DNA of 64,000 nucleotides from Ferruginibacter sp. (GTDB lineage Bacteria > Bacteroidota > Bacteroidia > Chitinophagales > Chitinophagaceae), in NCBI GenBank assembly GCA_043757165.1, contig JAYVPT010000040.1:60786-124785 (forward strand). Direction: 5' to 3'. Each line of letters begins with the position of its first letter. Positions within the stretch are counted from its first letter, which is position 1. Both the position numbers and the translations under genes were made by a program. This document shows, piece by piece, positions 60,334 through 64,000 of this stretch. Below the pieces are notes generated by a model. That model worked only from the letters and a program-made list of their open reading frames with translations, did not search any database and was not told where the DNA came from.

Positions 60334-61545
60334 TTATGCCACCGCTTTATTTACTAACGCTGCAGCTTCGCTCAATAAAATAGCACTCTGTACTTTCAAT
60401 CCGCTTTCGTCAATTAATTTTTTTGCAACATCGGCATTGGTACCTTGTAAACGCACAATAATGGGGATGTTGATATTGCCGATACTTTGGTAAGCATCAA
60501 TAACACCCTGCGCCACACGGTCGCAACGAACAATACCACCAAAAATATTAATCAATATCGCTTTTACTTTCGGGTCTTTTAAAATAATGCGGAAACCGGC
60601 TTCTACTGTTGGTGCATTGGCAGTACCGCCCACATCTAAAAAGTTGGCGGGCTCGCCACCACTTAACTGTATCATATCCATTGTTGCCATGGCAAGGCCT
60701 GCGCCGTTAACCATGCAACCCACGTTGCCATCTAATTTTACAAAGTTCAAATTAAATTTTCCGGCTTCCACTTCGGTAGGATCTTCTTCGCTTATGTCTC
60801 TTAATGCGGCAACATCTGCATGGCGCATTAAAGCATTATCATCAATACTCATTTTACAATCTACCGCAATAATTTTATCGTTGCTGGTTTTAAACAAAGG
60901 ATTTATTTCCAGCATGGCACAATCAAGGCCAACATAAGCCGCATATAAATTGGTTACAAATTTTACGCAGCTTTTAAAAGCATCTCCGCTAAGGCCAAGG
61001 TTAAAAGCGATCTTCCTTGCCTGGAAAGCCTGCAGCAATCCACCGGGGTGTATCCACTCTTTAAATATTTTTTCGGGTGTATCATGTGCCACGTCTTCAA
61101 TGTTCATTCCGCCTTCGGTACTGTACATAATAACGTTCTGGCCTTTTGTACGGTCCAATAAAATTGATAAGTAAAATTCTTTTACAGGGCTGTTGCCTTC
61201 GTAATATACATCCTGTGCCACCAATACTTTGTTTACCAGTTTACCCGCAGGCCCGGTTTGTATGGTAACCAATGTGCCGCCTAAAATATTCTGGGCAATT
61301 TGTTTTACATCTTCTGCATTTTTACCAACAGCCACACCACGTTGTTCGGTACCGGCAATTTTTCCTTTACCACGTCCGCCGGCATGTATTTGCGCCTTTA
61401 CCACGGCAAACCTGCTGCCATATTGGGTATGTATCTGGCGGTACGCTTCTTCTGCTTCGGTGGGTGTATTACAGGGTATGCCTTCCTGCACGGGAACATT
61501 GTATTTTTTTAATAATTCCTTGGCCTGGTATTCATGAAGATTCAT
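60334..61545 (-). CDS. sucC: Succinyl-CoA synthetase beta subunit
   Basis: MNLHEYQAK, KAQIHAGGRGKG, CMVNGAGLAMATMD and NIFGGIVRCD motifs. Confidence 0.98.
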   Translation of the reverse strand: MNLHEYQAKELLKKYNVPVQEGIPCNTPTEAEEAYRQIHTQYGSRFAVVKAQIHAGGRGKGKIAGTEQRGVAVGKNAEDVKQIAQNILGGTLVTIQTGPAGKLVNKVLVAQDVYYEGNSPVKEFYLSILLDRTKGQNVIMYSTEGGMNIEDVAHDTPEKIFKEWIHPGGLLQAFQARKIAFNLGLSGDAFKSCVKFVTNLYAAYVGLDCAMLEINPLFKTSNDKIIAVDCKMSIDDNALMRHADVAALRDISEEDPTEVEAGKFNLNFVKLDGNVGCMVNGAGLAMATMDMIQLSGGEPANFLDVGGTANAPTVEAGFRIILKDPKVKAILINIFGGIVRCDRVAQGVIDAYQSIGNINIPIIVRLQGTNADVAKKLIDESGLKVQSAILLSEAAALVNKAVA

Positions 61546-61578
61546 AATTAAATAAATTTTTGCGAAGATAAGAAAAGA

Positions 61579-61610
61579 GTTTAGAAGTTTAGGGGTTTAG
61601 AAGTTTAGGA
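61579..61610. repeat. Tandem 8-mer repeat GTTTAGRR x4
   Basis: gtttagaa gtttaggg gtttagaa gtttagga. Confidence 0.75.
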
Positions 61611-61642
61611 TTTTTATGTTACGGGCATTTATTTTTCAATTT

Positions 61643-61700
61643 AGCATTCTTGCGTCGCACTCTTGTACTGCATACCATTGCTGAATTTTTATCAAAGCGG
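61643..61700. repeat. Dispersed promoter-bearing repeat, copy E
   Basis: On the + strand: TTG-cgtcgcactcttgtactgca-TACCATTG; 47/58 identical to copy B. Confidence 0.8.
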
Positions 61701-61793
61701 ATTATGCATCTCTAACTTTCAACTGTCTTTTTTACCTCTTTTCTAACACTATCTTATTGTACCTTTGGCGCACCAAAAACAGGCTATCGATTT

Positions 61794-62606
61794 ATGATGC
61801 AAAAAATTAATGAAGCGGTTACTTACATAAAAGAACAATATAATAAACAGCCGCTGGTGGGCATTGTACTGGGCAGCGGGCTGGGTAGTTTTGTAAACGA
61901 GATAAATGTAGAAAAAGAAATTGCATACAACAGCATTCCTGATTTTCCGGTGAGTACAGTGGCAGGACATAGCGGCAAACTGGTATTTGGCCAATTGGGC
62001 GGAAAAACTGTTGTAGCCATGGCAGGGCGCTTTCATTTTTATGAAGGGTACCATCCTGATGAAGTGGTATTCCCTATACGGGTAATGAAGTTATTGGGGA
62101 TAACAACCTTATTGATCAGCAATGCGGCAGGCAGCACCAATACTAATTATAAAGTAGGCGACCTGATGATCATTAAAGACCATATCAGTTTCTTTCAGCC
62201 TAATCCTTTGGTGGGGAAAAATATAACTGAACTTGGTCCACGCTTTCCGGATATGAGTGAGCCATATAACAGGCATTTAATTGCCAAAGCCAAAGCCATT
62301 GCTGCAGCAAAAGATATTAAATTAAGAGAAGGTGTGTATTGCAGTGTAACCGGCCCCACTTTTGAAACAAGGGCAGAATACCAGCTGATACTAGCACTTG
62401 GCGGCGATGCGGTGGGCATGAGTACAGTGCAGGAAGTGATTGCTGCTGCACACATGGGCCTTCCGGTATTTGCAATAAGTGTGATAACCGATATTGGCCT
62501 GCGTGATGATGGTATAATTACAACACATGAAGAAGTGTTGCAGGCTGCAAAAGAAGCTGAACCAAAACTGGCACATATATTTACAGAACTGGTGGCACAA
62601 TTGTAA
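61794..62606 (+). CDS. Purine nucleoside phosphorylase (trimeric, PunA/XapA type)
   Basis: GIVLGSGLG, STVAGHSG, GRFHFYEG, GPTFETRAE and VGMSTV motifs. Confidence 0.95.
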   Translation: MMQKINEAVTYIKEQYNKQPLVGIVLGSGLGSFVNEINVEKEIAYNSIPDFPVSTVAGHSGKLVFGQLGGKTVVAMAGRFHFYEGYHPDEVVFPIRVMKLLGITTLLISNAAGSTNTNYKVGDLMIIKDHISFFQPNPLVGKNITELGPRFPDMSEPYNRHLIAKAKAIAAAKDIKLREGVYCSVTGPTFETRAEYQLILALGGDAVGMSTVQEVIAAAHMGLPVFAISVITDIGLRDDGIITTHEEVLQAAKEAEPKLAHIFTELVAQL

Positions 62607-62700
62607 AAGGATTTTTTCTCAGCGGCCTCAGCTACTCTGCGTGGGAAAAATAAACCAGATTAAATTAAAAATGCTCAACGGTTCTAATAGAAAAAATTAA

Positions 62701-64000
62701 ATGAAAAAAAATCTCTCCCTGTTAATATTGGTTTTTCTTGTTCAGCTTTGCAGGGCACAGGTGCCTGTATTTAAAAAAATCCCCAAATTTGGAGGGGCAA
62801 CATCATCATCGCAAAACAAATCAGATACCAGCAAATCTGACAAAGACAATACCATGGGGTTTGAGCACCGGGATGATAAAAAGGATTCTATTACCATCAC
62901 TTATAAATTCATTGATTCTATAAGGGTAAATCATTTGGATTCTTCTATCAATGATTTTGATAAATATTTTTCCATACCGTCACGGTATCAATATTTAGGT
63001 AATCATGGTGCGGCTGCCTATTCATTAATTTATAAGCCTGATTTAAAACCGGGATGGGATGCCGGCTTTCATGCCTTTGATGTATATAAATTTAAACTGG
63101 AAGAAACAAAGTTTTATAAAACCACCAAACCTTTTACACAATTAAGCTACCAGCTGGCATCGGGTAAAGAGCAGATGATAAAAGTACTGCACACGCAAAA
63201 CCCCAGGCCCAACTGGAATTTTGGTTTTGATTACCGGCTGATAAGTGCGCCGGGATATTTTGTTACCCAGAATACCAATCATAAAAACTACCGCCTGTTC
63301 AGCACTTACCAGGGAAAGCGCAAAAGGTATGCAATGAATTTTGTGCTGGTGGGTAATACTATAAAAAACTCTGAGAATGGCGGCATCACCAACGATAGCT
63401 TATTATCTAACCCCAATAATAAAAAACGTTTTAGCATTCCTGTAAACCTGGGTAATGCATCACTTTTTCAACCCAATCCTTTTAATGCCTCGGTAAACAC
63501 CGGGAATATTAATAAGGACGTTACTTTTTTTGTACGCCAAACCTATGATATTGGTAAAAATGATTCGGTAGCTGTAAATGATTCCACCACCGAATATTTG
63601 TTTTATCCCAAGCTGCGGATACAATACAGTTTTAATTACAGTACCTATAATTATTTGTATATCGATAATAAGGCCGATACCAATATTTATAAAAACTGGT
63701 ACGATACCACTTTAAAAACGCAGCCTGTTGATACTTTTTCGGTGCATGAAAAATGGAAGCTGATCAGTAATGATTTTTCGTTACTGCAATTTCCCGATAC
63801 AAAAAACGCTGCACAATTTTTATTGGCAGGTGCCCGGCTTGAAAATATAAAAGGAGAATTTTACAGGGCTGGCGGTATAGAAACAAAAAATTTTTACAAT
63901 ATTATATTGCATGGCGAATACCGCAATAAAACCCGTAATAAATTATGGGATGTAATTGCCAAGGGAGAATTTTATTTAAATGGCCTTAACAGCGGCGATT
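62701..64000 (+). CDS. Putative porin (Bacteroidota Porin_10-like), 5' part; runs off the right edge and is not in the ORF track
   Basis: Read as open from ATG 62701 (MKKNLSLLILVFLVQLCRAQ) to the window end, with YLGNHG, KPFTQLSYQ and HTQN..PNWNFGFDY motifs. Confidence 0.75.
   Translation, partial: MKKNLSLLILVFLVQLCRAQVPVFKKIPKFGGATSSSQNKSDTSKSDKDNTMGFEHRDDKKDSITITYKFIDSIRVNHLDSSINDFDKYFSIPSRYQYLGNHGAAAYSLIYKPDLKPGWDAGFHAFDVYKFKLEETKFYKTTKPFTQLSYQLASGKEQMIKVLHTQNPRPNWNFGFDYRLISAPGYFVTQNTNHKNYRLFSTYQGKRKRYAMNFVLVGNTIKNSENGGITNDSLLSNPNNKKRFSIPVNLGNASLFQPNPFNASVNTGNINKDVTFFVRQTYDIGKNDSVAVNDSTTEYLFYPKLRIQYSFNYSTYNYLYIDNKADTNIYKNWYDTTLKTQPVDTFSVHEKWKLISNDFSLLQFPDTKNAAQFLLAGARLENIKGEFYRAGGIETKNFYNIILHGEYRNKTRNKLWDVIAKGEFYLNGLNSGD

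Overview
This is a gene-dense Bacteroidota chromosomal segment, probably Chitinophagaceae-like; the taxon is inferred from the SusC/SusD pair, type IX secretion C-terminal domains and TAnnTTTG promoters. Most genes are housekeeping: clpB, def, ruvX, pyrG, proC, rfaD, purL, GS-III, lysC, queA, queG, amn, ubiX, lolA, mutS, sucC and PNP. I saw no rRNA, tRNA, CRISPR array, integrase or transposase. Two edge genes are missing from the ORF track: anmK running off the left end and a putative porin running off the right end. The main signals are mostly non-coding. (1) Two candidate paralogous small RNAs (about 38342-38402 + and 50229-50308 -) each have a GCAAC-N17-C(G/T)(T/A)CT ECF-type promoter, an identical 16-nt 5' seed complementary to ...CCUAUGAAAAA start-codon regions, and an intrinsic terminator. 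(2) A dispersed 30-58 bp repeat (five clear copies) carries a correctly spaced housekeeping promoter and sits next to AT-rich orphan ORFs. (3) An anmK / DeoR-SusC-SusD locus suggests peptidoglycan-fragment scavenging. (4) A lipoprotein gene is split by an exact 7-nt tandem duplication and has a leader that could sequester its translation start. (5) The queA leader has a switch-like structure. All calls were made by eye from sequence and motif recognition; no database searches were run.
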